A stretch of DNA of 64,000 nt from Narcine bancroftii (Eukaryota): contig NC_091471.1 in NCBI RefSeq assembly GCF_036971445.1, forward strand, positions 298,220,001 to 298,284,000, in the 5' to 3' direction. A program made the position numbers and the translations under genes. This document shows, piece by piece, positions 12,420 to 26,070 of this stretch; the first letter of the stretch is position 1; every line of letters starts with the position of its first letter. A model generated the notes under the pieces. The model worked only from the letters and a program-made list of their open reading frames with translations. It was not told the DNA's origin and ran no database searches.

Positions 12420-12540
12420 GATTTTTTTTTAAATATTGTATTTCGGAAACTGCAATTTCATACTAGTAATACACAATACTGCTGCCACAAAGCAACACAT
12501 TTTGTGACACGTTTGTCACAATAAACTGGATTCTGATTCT
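12420..12540 (+). mobile_element. 3' tail of the Rex1/Babar LINE that begins at 6820
   Basis: tgctgccacaaagcaaca...aataaa...gattctgattct matches the tail of the 18730-19425 copy. Confidence 0.7.
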
Positions 12541-13175
12541 TAATTGCACTTTCATTCAGACTTCATGGCCTGAGGCTCTATTTTCCACTGTCCAGCATCA
12601 GTGTTCTGCCTTGTGCTGCACATTATTCCATAGCAGCACATCATAAAGGAAATACCAACTCTCCCTGCATCCTTGTGGAACAAACCAATCTCAGAACACT
12701 CAGTTCTAACACTGTGATTCAACAATATTTGACCCATTTTGAAGTTTGCTCAGTGTTACAAGCAATTAATCAGCTCCACAAAGCTTCATGCATCTCCAGA
12801 AAGCAAAGAATAGATTGCAGTATACAATGGCTTAATGTCTGTGGCAGTAATTGACAGCTCAATTCCTCATACTTGCCATCATTATTGCACGAAGCTCATA
12901 GTTTGAAATGGCAATTTCAAAGTTGCTGTCAATAGTTTGGCAAACTTCAGACGCACTCTTTGTAGCCTTCCCCAATGCACTCAACAGAAATTCCTTCAAT
13001 TGTGATCAATTTTGGATATTTACAAAGCATTCTTGTTGTAAACTGCCATGAAAATCTTAGTTAGCCCCCATATTGCAGAAGGGTTCCTTTCCTGTGAACT
13101 TTTGAGTGCTACTTATATCATATGCTTGCAAGAAATCTTTTATTTCATTAAATAATTGCTTTAACACTACCCACA

Positions 13176-14946
13176 GCTTATTAGACTAGATAATAATCTA
13201 GGCCATCTATACAAATTAAATTATCAGCCATTAATGAAGAAATTACAAGATGTCTTAGAACATTGGAAAGATTTACCACTAACACTGATAGGAAGGGAAA
13301 ATTGCTTTAAAATGAATATCTTCCCAAGGATACAATACCTATTTCAATCGTTACCAATTCCCTTAGAGAAATTCTTCAATGAACTAAAGAAAATAATAAG
13401 GAAATTCTCATGGAACGGGGGGAAACCGAGGATAGTGCTAGATAAATTAACAGAACTGTACAAACAAGGGGGCTTACAGCTACCAAACTTTAAGAATTAT
13501 TATAGAGCAGCACAATTAAGATATCCATCAAATTTTTTTCAAACAAGGGAAAAACCAGATTGGCCCAGGTTAGAGCTAGATAAAATAGGGGAGAAGGTAC
13601 CTGAACATATACTTTATAAGTGGGATGAAAAACTGGTGCAACATGGAAGTTCACCAGTACTGCACCATCTGCTCAACATTTGGAAGAAGATTTACGTAGA
13701 AAGGAAAAAAAACAAATTATCAACTTCTAAAATTATTATTGACACAAAATCAACTAATCCCTTTCACAATAGATAACCTTTCCTTTAGAGAATTGGAGAG
13801 AAATGGGATCAAAAGAATAGAAAATTGTTTTTTGGGAAATAATTTATTATCTTTTGAACAAATGAAGTACAATTATGGTATAACTCACGGTACAATGTTT
13901 GCATACCACCAACTGAAAACCTACTTGAAGGACAAATTGGGAAGCAGGCTGAGGTTACCAGAGGAAGCAGCTTTGAATACGTGATTACAGATAGAATGAT
14001 AATTAAAAGATTTATAACAAACATGTACATCAAGCTGCAAGAGAAAGAGAATGATGAAATAAGCTGTAAACCCAAACAAAAGTGGGAACAAGATCTAAAC
14101 AAAGATAAAAAATGAAAAATGCGAAAAGCTATGCTCCGGAACTAAGAGAAATACAATAAACACTAGGTTACGCATGATACAATATAATTAGTTACACAGG
14201 CTATCTATCACGCCCCAAAAGTTAAATAAATGGGACACAACAGTATCAGACAGATGTTTTCGCTGTAAGAAGGAAACGGGAACAACAGTACATGCAATTT
14301 GGGCATGTGAGAAAGTGGAAAAGTTTTGGGAAGATCTAAATCAGGTATTAAATAAAATCACAAAAAGCAACATACCAAAAAATCCAGAGATCTTTCTTCT
14401 AAGTAATATAAGAAGTAAAGAACTAGGCCTCAAATTGGATGAAGCACAAAAAAGATTTATTATGATAGCCTTAGCTGGAGCAAAAAAATGTATTAGGTCA
14501 ACCTGGAAATCAGAAGAGAGCCTGAGAGTACAGCAATGGTACATAGAAATGAATAAATGTATTCTATTGGAAAAAAATAACATATAATTTTTTTAAAAGT
14601 CACAATATTCGAACAAATTTGGGAAACGTACATGGAACACAACAGAGAGGGCCTACCGCGGACCTCCACCGCCTAAAATGATAGAATGAGAAGAAGACAA
14701 AATGAACTGACCCAGTGTGTAAAAGTAGATGACACAATTTTCTTACTTACTTTTATTGTGCGATGACATTGTTTAATGGGTTTATTGTATATGTTGAACA
14801 TTTAATGGGTAGGGAGGGGGTGGGAAGGAGGGAAGTGGGGGGGGAAGGGGAAAAAAAATGACACTGTGCATATTCAAGAGGGAAATGTTTGTGTGTATTT
14901 TGGTTAATATGGTTCATAGTGTGAAAAATTAAAAAAATTAAAAAAA
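13176..14946 (+). mobile_element. 5'-truncated L1 with 3' UTR, A-tail and 13-bp TSD
   Basis: ORF2 fragments ('LPLTLIGRENCFKMNIFPRIQYLFQSLP', 'GGLQLPNFKNYY', 'CFRCKK..GTTVHAIWAC'). TSD aacactacccaca at 13163-13175 and 14947-14959, preceded by TT. Confidence 0.95.
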
Positions 14947-15334
14947 AACACTACCCACAACTAAACTAATGGAGCATATACTGTACCCAGTCACTAATCA
15001 AAGATCAAATTGATTGTCAGTGTACATACATGGCATCACGTACAACCCAGAGATTATTTTTTCCTGTGGGCCAGGCAGTTATCAGTAGTGAATTGGCAAT
15101 GAATACCAGGAGACAGCTCTTTGTCATTAATAGTTTGAAAATTACTTTAAATGGATGGGGTAATTTACATGAGCGAGGGAGCTTTGTATTTAGTTACAAA
15201 AATTATAAATGAGATTTTAACAGAAAATGATATCATACTTAATGCTGGCAAACATTACCCAAGAAAATTATCTTTATGTGAATACAGTGTTTCAAAATAG
15301 AAAAGATTTCACTCAGATGTGTATGCTCATTTTT

Positions 15335-16060
15335 ATTTTAGATTTCAGATTTATCGTCAGAGTACAAGCATGATGACATCACATAAACAACTCAGATTCT
15401 TCTTGGTAGTTCAAAAACTGTACATGTAAACAAGTAAACAAATGTAAACAACTGACTGTGCAATACAGAGAAGAGGAAAAAAAAAACAATACAGTGCAAA
15501 AGTCAGAGACCTTAAATCAGTCCCTGATTGAGTTTGTTGTTGAGAGTCTGATGGTGGAGGGGGAGCAGCTCTTCCTGAACCTGGTGGCACCTATACCCCT
15601 TTCCTGATGTTAGAAGCGAAAAAAAAGTGCACTGGGTGGTGTGAATCCTTGATGATTGCTGCTGCTCTTAGACAGCACCATAGGTGTTCTCAATGGTGGG
15701 AAGGGTTTTACTCGTGGTGTCCTGGGCTACGTCACAACCTTTTGCAGGGCTTTACACTCAGGGGTATTGGTGTCCCCATTCCAGACTGTAATGCAGCCTA
15801 ACAGCACACATCTGTGGAAAAGTACCAGGGTTTCTGACATAGTTTGCCAGGCATGCCAAACCTCCGCAAACTCCTGAGGAAATAGAGGTACTGATGTATT
15901 TCTTCACAATCCCATTAGTGTGTTGGCTCCAGGAAAGATCCTCCAAGATGGTGACTCCCAAGAACTTAAAATGTACTCACCCTCTCCGACTCTGATCCCC
16001 CAATGATCACTGGATCGTACACATCTGTTTTTTGCCTTCCTTAAGTCAACAGTCAGCACA
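15335..16060 (-). mobile_element. Rex1/Babar-type LINE 3' fragment
   Basis: 'FKFLGVTILEDLSW' on the minus strand, plus 3' tail. Confidence 0.75.
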
Positions 16061-17944
16061 TGGAATGTTTAAATAATTAATTCAGAGTGTGTGCATTGTT
16101 CCCAGGTGTGGCGTGATGGTTTCTTGATGAGACACTCAGTCAGGTTGATGACAGCATTGGTGGTGGATGCCAAGAAATGTTGATTTGATGCCAAACGACA
16201 TTGGACATCAGAGAAAGGGAGTTCCTTGCCAAAGAGATACTTTCAGGGAGCTAGATTTTCTTTGAGGTCAGTGGCAGGCACCACCACTTTGCAACTGACC
16301 ACAAATTCAAATGAGCTCTGGCAGTATGACGATGCCAACTCATGATTTTGTTCATGACTCCCAGGAACATCACAAATGAGTCCCTAATCGCCAGCAGTAC
16401 AAAAATATTTCAGATGGAGTGAATGCATGGAATAATTACAGTATATTGATCCACTTTAATCATACATCTTATAATTTTGCTTCAGGCAACTTGAGCTTTC
16501 ATTCAGGATCAGAAAACACCTATTTAAGATGGTTTTTATCCACTGAGATATCCGGTCTCATTGTCTAATACTTAAGAGAAAACAGTTTAGCATTTTTGTT
16601 TTAAAAACTCATTTCAAGGTAATTGGTTGTCCCATCTTTATTTTTTTCTGGTAGTATTTAAGGGAACGATTGATAGGTTCTTGATTATCCAGGGCATCAA
16701 AGGTTATGGGGAGAAGATCAGGAAGTGGGGAGATGATAAAATGGATAAGCTCATGATTAAATGGGCTGAATAGCTTATTTCTGCTCCTATGCCTTATGGT
16801 CCAATCTCAATTGTGAGCAGCAATATTTGAAGAACAAAGATTACTTGCACGCAGACTAATATCCCTTCCTCGGCCAGTGTGATCAAAAAACATGACGATC
16901 CACTGATGTTCGGGTCTTCCTGCCATGCTTGTCAACATAACAATGGTGACTAATTTTTTAATGGTCCATTGTTCTTATCAAGCACTTTAAGGAACTCCCA
17001 GGACTTGATGCTGTAAAAATGTAAATCAAGTCAGAGAATGGGAAAAGATGTCCGCCCTATGACTCGAAATGACAAGGTCACATCAGGGAGATGTTAATGA
17101 ACTGGAGTGTTCGTAAAAGCAAGACTGAAGCTCAGACTTACACTTTGAAATTATGATGATCAAGCTTGTTTTTTTCAAAATGAGAAGGTAGGAAATGTGC
17201 TGCAGGGAAAGCTTTCATATTAATAGTAAAGCAGTGTACAATGGATATATTAATCGTTTTCTATAATCAGCAAACAGCACGTCTTGCCCTCAGCATTCAC
17301 TCGTACCAAAAGGAATACACAACCACTGAATTAACAAACTCAATTCAACTCCTTTACTCCTTAGGACATTACATTGGTCCCTCTCTTGGCCTGAAGGAGG
17401 GAAATCATTAAAAGCTAGATTTGTATCACCAATCTTCAAATAAAGGCAATGGGAATAATTACTGATTCAGTTTTCAGCATTTGGGGAGGGGATTGGCTAT
17501 AACCCTTATATACCCAATGTTCCATTACAAGCACATTCATGCAGAAATCTTTAGATAGGTCCCAGGTACAGTATTCCTTGTTGGTTTTTCTACTCCCCAA
17601 ACCTTTAAACAAAACCTAGAGCAGCCATGCTCGAAATGAATCAACTCACTAGAGACCAGAGGCTTCTTGATCAGATTGTGGAGGGCAGGTATCCCAGAAA
17701 GGGGAAAGCCCCAAGCAAGCTATTTAATTGAAACTGTTCTCAGAAATAGAAGATACAAGTAAAAAGTCTCAGCTGATGTAGATTTTTATTCTCTGTACAG
17801 CTGCGGATAAAATAGGTTGAAAGAAAACAAATGTCCCATGAAAAGTAGTTTAAACAAAGTTGATTAACCCTTTGGAGATAAATATCTGATAATGTAGTGT
17901 GGGTGCAAGCACCAATTACCCAGTACCTTGTGATTCAGCAGCCA

Positions 17945-18340
17945 ATGAGAAGCTGGGAGGACTCAGTGGGCCAGGCAGCATCTGTGGAGAGATGCTTTGG
18001 GTCTGGAAACTTCATCAGGTCTCAAGTGGCAAGGGGTCAGGGTGGGAGTGGGGGAGACAAAAGGTGGGGGGGCTGGGTGGTCAAAGTGGTGGCTGGGCAG
18101 GGAGAGTGGGGGCTGGGGAGAGGGGAGGTGATAGGGTATTGGACAGGTGGGAGAGGTAGAATGGCAGGCAGGGGAGAAAACCACATGGGTTGTGGGGGGG
18201 GGGTATGGGGAAGCTTAAAAGATAATAGGAGTAAAGGAGAGATGGAAAGAATGAAACTGGATAGGGGTAGGGAGTTATCTAAAATTGGAAAATTCAACAT
18301 TCCTGCTTCTGACTTTTGAAGACTACCTCAGAGGAAAATA
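17945..18340 (-). mobile_element. Penelope-like 3' fragment
   Basis: Same architecture as 4575-4900 (pseudo-LTR plus purine-rich tract). Minus-strand ctgatgaag...cccaaagc decayed hammerhead-like motif. Confidence 0.6.
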
Positions 18341-18729
18341 AGTTGTGAAGCATAATTGTTCCTCTTAGATTGGCACCAAAACCCAATGGGCCCTCACCAT
18401 TCATGACCTCTTAATTTAAAAAAAAATGACAGCAGGAACCTGGAACTCCTGGTCTCCACTGTCAAAGGAGAAAATATTACAGGGCTGAGGCAATGAACTG
18501 GGATAAAAAGGAGGAACATTTATAAAAAGTCACAATTCATGCCAGCAAATCACCACACCAGTGAATCACTAGAAGAGGAGAGTTTATTGTCAAGTGCATA
18601 ACATGCACCAAGATTCTTGCTTGCTGAAGCCACAAAGATACAAAAAAAAACACAGTAACAAATAATAAGAATGAGGAATTGTACAGGAGAGAGATAGATC
18701 AGCTAGTTGAGTCCTGTCACAACAACAAT

Positions 18730-19425
18730 TCACACTCAACATTAGCAAAACTAAACAACTGATTGTGGACTTCAGGAAAGGGAAGCCAGGAGAACACGCA
18801 CATATCCTCATTGAGGGGTCAGCGGTAAGAGAGTAAAGAACATCAAATTGCTGGGTGTCAACATCTCTGAAGATCTATTCTGGGGTCTTCATGTCGACGC
18901 AATCATGAGGAAGGTTCACCAGCAGCTATTCTTTGTTAGGAGTTTGAGGACATTTGATGTGACATCAAAAACCCCTGCAAATTTCTACAGGGTGCACCAT
19001 GGAGAGCCTGCTGACAGGTTGCATCATGGAGGATTCCAATGCAAACGACAGGGTGATGAACTCGGCCAGTGCTTTCATGGGCACCAGCCTCCACTCCATC
19101 GAGGACATCCAAAAGAGGCGGTGTTTCAAGAAAGCAGCCTCTATCCTGAAGGACCTTCAACACCCAGGCCATGCCCTCTTCTCAGTGCTATCATCAAGGA
19201 GGAACAGGAGCCTGAAGATGAACACCTAGCAGCACAAAAATAGCTTCTTCCCCTCCGCCATCAGGTTTCTGAAAGGACAATGAACCACAGACACGACCTC
19301 ATTTTCTCTTCTTTTGCACTAATTTACATTAAAAAATGTAATTTATAGCAGATTTTGCATCTGTAATGCTGCCACAAAGCAACAAATTTCATTATAAATA
19401 TTCATGAAAATAAATCCGGATTCTG
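18730..19425 (+). mobile_element. Rex1/Babar-type LINE 3' fragment
   Basis: 'LNISKTKQLIVDFRKG', 'LGVNISEDLFW', 'KAASILKDLQHPGHALFS'. ATTCTG tail. Confidence 0.85.
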
Positions 19426-20264
19426 AACAATGAAATTAGCCCAACTCCAAGTGTGTAAAAATTAACCAATATAAAAGGATAGCAAAATATTCACAGTTCA
19501 ATCGTGCAGAAGCTCTTTGTCCTGGATCAGTGTCGTGGTTAAGGGAGCATAGGGAGGGTAAAGCACCAGATAGCTTTCGAGAAAAGGCCATCTTTGAACC
19601 TCTTTAGTTCTTGAACCTTCCAGGTCCTTTCCCTTTTTCTGCCTTCCTCAACAGCCAAATGATATCTATTGTTTTAAAGTATGGACTGTGCTAATTTCCA
19701 CACAGCAAAATATTTCCTGTATATTCTTCCTTTCCCATCATCAATCAAAGTAAATGTTTTACTAATCTTCCTCCCTGCGTCATCAGTTATTTCTCTGCCT
19801 TCCTTCTCAATTATAGAAAGGTATTGATCTGTTCTTTTTAGGTTGTGCACTGCACAGAAGTCGTTCATTTGAGCATTCTGGATCCTAAGGTCACTTTTAC
19901 ATCGTTGAGTTGGAGAGAACAAGAGATGAGCTTGGCAAAGGACATCAAGAATAATGGCAGCAGGTTATTGCCAAGAAAATTAATACCTAAAAGAAAATAA
20001 AACTGATACAAGAATTTTATCGCAAAGGAAATGTGGCAGCTTCAATTATTTCCTAGAAGCAGCTAAAGAAAATACTGACATGCTAGCAATTTGATTGTTC
20101 CTATCAACAATCCTACAAAATCAGCTTTAGAAAATGTACAAGGAAACTATGAATCAATCAATCCATGAAATCAAGCAATGTATATGCTAATGTGTAGATA
20201 AGGGAGCACTGATCCTTGTTTCAGCCACAAAATAAATGAACAGTTAATTACTCCTGATATTTTA

Positions 20265-20520
20265 GATAAGCAAACTCCACCTTTTTTGGTGATGGCCTCT
20301 CTAGGACTTTGCACAAAGTTTATAGGCCACAACCCCCTCCATCTCCCCTTCCCTGTGAATCAGTCAAGTTTTGGTTTCTTCCACATTTCTCTCCTACTGA
20401 CCACATAAAAACAAACAAAAAATAAATTGTGAGATGAAAACAAGGCTTTTTAAAAAAAATAAATAAATGCGCTGTGGCCCCCAGGGAATCTGCATGGCCC
20501 CTGTTGAGAATAGTTGGTCT
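20265..20520. mobile_element. Decayed non-autonomous DNA transposon (hAT-like MITE)
   Basis: Ends ...ccacctttttt and ggcccctgttgagaatagttgg resemble the element at 28120-28342. Confidence 0.4.
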
Positions 20521-20885
20521 AGATGGAAGCAAGTTTATAAAAGGGAGAATGAACAGCAAGCTGTTTACGTTCTAAGCCATTAGTCAGGCAAAATGCTGGA
20601 AACCATTCCAAGGAGTGAATTACATGAGGGCCCATATAGATAGGTCAAGAAACATCAATGGATCAGTTACGGCCAATCCTGCAGGACAAACTGTCTCATT
20701 TATTTGTGGGCATTAGAGGAAGGTTGAATCCTCTTTCCCATCACCACCCTGATTTATCTATATGTGTGATCATTTGTTAACAGCAATGTCAGACCTGACC
20801 CTAGAATAGCTGGATAAATTAATCACACACATTCTGGCCCTTAAACTCCTTTTCACCAAAATGACTTATTAACATCCCCTTAAAA

Positions 20886-20933
20886 TTTTACCCCCTCCAT
20901 AAATCTTCGTCCGCAAAGCCAAGCCAAAGAAGA
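20886..20933 (+). mobile_element. RTE LINE 3' tail micro-insertion
   Basis: tttaccccctccataaatcttcgtccgcaaagccaagccaaagaagaa matches the 3' end of the RTE copies at 31.0 and 48.0 kb. Confidence 0.85.
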
Positions 20934-21603
20934 AAATTGCATACACCATCTTTCTGTCATTAGACAATTATTTGTCATCTCAAGCCCTCACACCCTACTT
21001 GCTGCTTCAGGAACAAAGAACAACCGTCAAACTGCCCAACACGTTAAAATGCTCGATAAAATTATCCCAAAATATTTTGCTGCCTTTCCTTTTTACACCC
21101 TCCTCAAAAAAAACCAAAGAGTACAATATTATTGTTTGCCTAATGAGGACCCAGTTGCTCATCAGCTACTTCTTTCTGATTTTTACTGACCTGAAATTTA
21201 AAAATTCTTATGGACAAGTCATCACCCCATGCACCTGTGGCACATTTCCACTGAAAACTCCTCTCAAAGTGTTTCATAACAACTAGATGGTTTTCAAAAT
21301 TAATGCCTACGTCAATCTTTCTGATTTTAAGGTCATACGCAAGTGAAGTCATTAATACACAATGCTCTTGTGATTCTTGAGTTCTGCTACTTTCTACCAG
21401 CCCCCTACTCACCTTCACAACCCATCCATGACGGCAGACTCATTCGCTGCCTTTGTTCAATTCTTTTCTTTGCTCTGTCCTGACTGATGTGTCTCACTTG
21501 ACTATGTATGCGACATTGAGCTGGAATGCTAACAAAACAAATCATCACTGCAGGTAGATGCATGTGACCATAAACTTCAAACAGAGTTTACTACTCTTCC
21601 CCT

Positions 21604-21843
21604 TGTGATAGTACAGATCTATCACCAATGTACATAGAGTATATAGTTACTGTATCTAGACTGTGCTTACAGCGATTGGCTGAGAGCTAAGCCACACCTA
21701 TTGTTTGGGCCTTAAAGGGTTGTGTCCCTAGCCAGGTCGGATCATTCCGGACTGGTCGGCCACCTGTGAAGAGCTCCGGTCTTTTGCTAATAAAAGCCTT
21801 GGTTTGGATCAACAAGTCTTTGGTTCTTTCGACGAGCTCTACA
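21604..21843 (+). mobile_element. Solo LTR (240 bp)
   Basis: TGT...ACA termini. 5-bp TSD CCCCT at 21599-21603 and 21844-21848. Internal ATTGG, TTAAA and AATAAA in LTR order. Confidence 0.85.
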
Positions 21844-23704
21844 CCCCTCTACAGCTCTCTCTAGCTTTAAAAATGCACGACAATCCCATTTCTTGAATTG
21901 CCTCCCAATCTCTTGGCACGATTCCATTTTCTGCACTTCTTTGGCCAGGGCATCAAAAGATTATGGCAGTAGGCCGAGTGGAAAAATGGATCAGCTCATG
22001 ATGAAATGGCAGGTCAGACTCGATGGGTTGAGTAGCCTATTTCCACTCCCTATGTTGTATGGTCTTGTATTTCAGTATGTTTAAAGAACAAAGCAAATTC
22101 ATGCTGTTATTACCATGACATTTGTACTTTTGAAAATGGTCTGACAAATACTTTCCATTAGGACTCCCAACAAATCTAAAATTCACAGGAATTCAAGATC
22201 AGGTGTGAATAAGAGTTGCATTGACAGAAATAGGATTTTTTTTTTTTTAAAAAGAAAGTGCAGGGAGAATTAAAATTTAAAAATGCAAGTACAAAATGGT
22301 ACAAATGAGATGAGGCCAGTACTTGGCTAGAGGGGCAAAACAAAACTCACCAGAGGGAAATTTCAGAGCAAAATCCCACAAGAATCGATATTCACACAAA
22401 GAATTTGTATAATTGTTTGAGGGATACAGGTGTGGTGCAATCTCATTCTCTTTCATACTTGATTCTCCTAAACAAAAGTAAATCAGGGGAAAAAAAAAAA
22501 TCATAAAAACTGCACAACTATTCAAAAGGTCTGCACAGAGTCCCATTACAACACCAACAAATTAATTATTTGGTTTTCTCTGCACATGACGCGGAATTAA
22601 AAAATCACAGTAGAAAGAGAAAATTGTGAATTCCAGCCATATTCTTATCTCTGGGTTCCTGCAAAAACCATAGTCATGTTTATGGATTCTCAAATCAATG
22701 TATTTAAATCAGCGGCGGTACCTGTTGGAGGTTCACTGTTAGTTTATATATTTATATCCAGCACATTTAACAGAAGGTTGCTGTATACTGCACATGTTCA
22801 TCACGTCGTGTTGCACAGTGGTTTTCTTCCCAAAAAGTAATTTGGGTGCAGAATTTTTAAAAAAAAACAAAAGTAGCCATTTTAACACCTGGCAGTAACT
22901 AACAAAATCTAAAGTTGCGTCTCATCTTAAATAAATGATTTGCAAAATGATCCAGGTCAATCTTGCTGATTGTCAGGTCAAAGTGAAATCGTTAATATAA
23001 TAAAAAACCAAGAACTTTCTCCAGGTTTGAATCATTATAGATCTGCCTCACCAACAGATCACATAGAGCTGCAGTCTCATGTTCGATTCCTTGTTAATAC
23101 ATCTAATGACTAACCACCTGGAGTAATACATCCAACCATAAAATAACTATCCACTATCTCGCTCATCTTCCTGGAGTCTCATAAATTACTGTCATTAGGA
23201 GGCTCAAGTTAATTCACTTTTGTGCTTCTCCTAGTTGTAATTAATGCTTAGCTTGTAATTCCTCTCTTCTGTCAGGTTGCTACAATTACACTTCTCTCCC
23301 CCTATTCAAGGACAGTGGCTATGAGGTGAACCAATTCAATGGGATTGTTCCACCTCTGAACCAGGAGGCAAAGGGCTTGTCCTTCATGCAGTCCTCTGAC
23401 ACATGAAATCAGGTCTCCAATTGCAAAAATCCAGTGGGGAAATCACATCCAAATCAAATGGTATTCCTCTGACAGAATCAGAGGTTTGGTGTGGAGACCC
23501 AGTCCAGACAGCCTCATCAAATGGAGATCAGAGAGCTATCACTAAATACTGCCACCACCAGGCCTACAAGTCTGAATGAGGTCATTGCCAAGTTCAAGTT
23601 TATTTATCATCTAATTGCATCAGTGCAACCCAGACAAAAGTGTTCTCCGTCCCTCGATGCAAAACAGTGCAAACACACAAGCAGACATAAGACACACACA
23701 CACA

Positions 23705-23930
23705 AAGGGGGCAGCACACAATGCCTTATAGCACCAGATCGGGACTAGGATCTAATCCTGCACTCATCTGTAAGGAGGTTATATGCTTTCCCCATGCCTG
23801 CATGGGTTTTCTCTGGGGATTCTGGTATCCTCCCACTTTGCAAAACACACTGGGGTGTAGGTAAATGGGTGTAAAATGGGTGGCATGGACTTGTAGGGCC
23901 AAATTAGCCTGTTACAGAGTTGAACGTCTA
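23705..23930 (+). mobile_element. V-SINE-like element (diverged)
   Basis: Colinear with the 3478 and 6035 copies. Confidence 0.65.
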
Positions 23931-25474
23931 TTTTTTTTTGTTTAAAACAAACAATACATAGAACCATATATATTCTATGTGGCTCTAGAGTCACAGGGAA
24001 AATGATGTGATCTTGGATAGTGCTATTCTAAAGTGACTCGGAATCACATAGCACAGAACAGATCCTTTGTCTACGCCAACCAAGTGGGCACTCTGGGCTA
24101 GTTCCATTTGCCTGCATTTGGGCAATATCCTTCCAACCCCATTCATATACCATCCCAACTGAGCTAGATCTGGAGGAAAATTTTTCTTCCAATATTGCCC
24201 ACCACCAATATTGGTGCCATCTGCAAATGTACTAATTGTGTTAACTAATTTGCCGCCCAAATCATCCATTAAAGATTGCAAGGGCAGCACACTCTTCCTA
24301 TTTGCTCCCCTTCACTGGGTTCTCATTCCACTGGCTACACTGCCTGACCCACTCTTCGAGAAGCCATAGACTGCCCTCCACTTCCACACAGCCATTCCCA
24401 ACAAATGCCTCCATCCAAGCCCCAGAGGCAAAGATATAGAACTGGTCATCCAGCAGCAACCACAGCCTGGCTCCAGAGAACTCTGCTTTCCTAACATCCG
24501 AATATTCTGAAATGCAATACTGCTCCGTTTAGTCCCAAAAGGATTTATTTGCTATAATATATTTATGTCAAAACACTGAATATTATTTAATATGCTGACT
24601 CAAAAGGAGATTTTGATCGATTCTGGTATTGATTTGTCCAATGGATACTTGGAGTTCCTGGTAATTGGCTGGTAAGCAGAATACTAAAACCAAGGCCGTC
24701 ATTTGATACGGAGGAAAACACGGGCAACCTCAGACTAATAAACTAAGGTTGAATGTGTTAACCCATTCAGATCCTATTGCCATAACCACCCCTGAGGATT
24801 AGGAGTGGGGCTGGTGCCAGGCCATCAGGATCAGATACCATCACCGCATCCACCCTTGACACTTGGGATTGTGGATAGAACCCTAGCCAACAACGTCAGA
24901 TTGGTTCCTAATGGAGAAGAATGCAGAGTTCAATACTCATTGATGGAAGGCTGGAATTAACAGCAACCTTTCCAGCAGTCTCTATCATCTCTTGTGGTGA
25001 CTACACTCCCATTGAACTGTTCTTTGGAGAGTTGCTGAACTTTGAACCTGCAGTGGCAAGGTCATGTGGATGCCATTATCATTTGCAGATGCACTTTCCC
25101 CTGTTCCTTCTGAGGCAGTGGTGAAGAAGTCTTGGCAGTATATCTCACAGATGGTGCAAACCTGGCTTGGGTGCCAGTAATAAAGGTTTAAGGTGGTGGA
25201 TGAGGTATCAAAATCAAATGGTCTTGGAAGCCACTGATGTTTAAGTGTTATTGTGGACACACTCACCCAGACAAGAGGGAATCCCCAATTCATGAATGGT
25301 GAAAGGTTTGGAGAGCCAAGGATTGAGTCACAGGACAGTCAGCATCAGTCCTGTTCACATGGTCACAGCACTCATGGTGCTGACTTGCTTTTGGAGGCGC
25401 TGATGGTCAAGACTTTACAATTGTAATGGCACGGAATAGTAAGGAGAGGGTAGTTAAGCCCTCTCTTAATGCAG

Positions 25475-26070
25475 ATAATAATGCCTTCATAAATCAAAGT
25501 ATTGAGTATAGAAGTTGGGATGTTATGGTGAAATTATGTAAGATGCTGGTGAGGCAAAATTTGGAGTATTATGTGCAGTTTTGAACTACAGGAAAGATAT
25601 CAGTAAGATTGAAAGAGTTCAAAGAAAATGTTGCCCAAACTTCAGGAACTGAGTTGAAAAGAAAGGTTAAACAGGTTACAACTTTATTACCTGGAACATA
25701 GAAGAATGAGTGAGAGATTTGATTGAGATATACAAAATTATGAGGGGTATAGACAGAGTAAATGCAACTGGGCTTTTTCGACAGAGGGCAGGTGAGATAC
25801 CAACCAGAGGACATGGGTTAAGGGTGAAAGGGGAAAAGTTTAGGGGGGAGCATTAGGGGGGAACTTCTTCACACAGAGAGTGGTTGGAGTGTTGAACAAG
25901 CTGCCAGCTGAAGTGGTGAATGCGGGGTTAATTTTAATATTTAAGAAATATTTGGACAGGTGCATATATGGAGAGCGAAGGATTGGGTTCAGTTCAGTGG
26001 GACTATGAAGAATAATTCAGCATAGAAGAAGGGCCTGTTTTTTGTGCTGCAATGTTCTATGGATCTAATG
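25475..26070 (+). mobile_element. CR1 LINE 3' fragment
   Basis: 'YKMLVRQNLEYYVQF', 'TRGHGLRVKGEKF' and gttctat tail. Homologous to 62400-62990. Confidence 0.85.

Larger units (their letters stand above)
7346..12420 (-). mobile_element. Degenerate L1 3' fragment split by a Gypsy insertion (7346-7541 and 11544-12420)
   Basis: Minus strand of 11.8-12.3 kb gives the L1 ORF2 Cys-rich C-terminus ('DKCKNLEASLIHMF*ECPNLEKFWK', 'ARQAILMKWK'). AT-rich 3' UTR lies on both sides of the Gypsy target-site duplication (TSD). Confidence 0.7.

Noticed and set aside
19674-19986. 82-aa minus-strand ORF behind a good acceptor (ttttcttttag)
   Set aside because: No recognisable homology, there are stops between the acceptor and the ORF, and it is not NFI exon 2.
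21408-21445. ATG...GAAG|GTGAG candidate first exon on the minus strand
   Set aside because: The donor is phase 1 relative to the ATG, which is incompatible with the phase-0 NFI exon 2.
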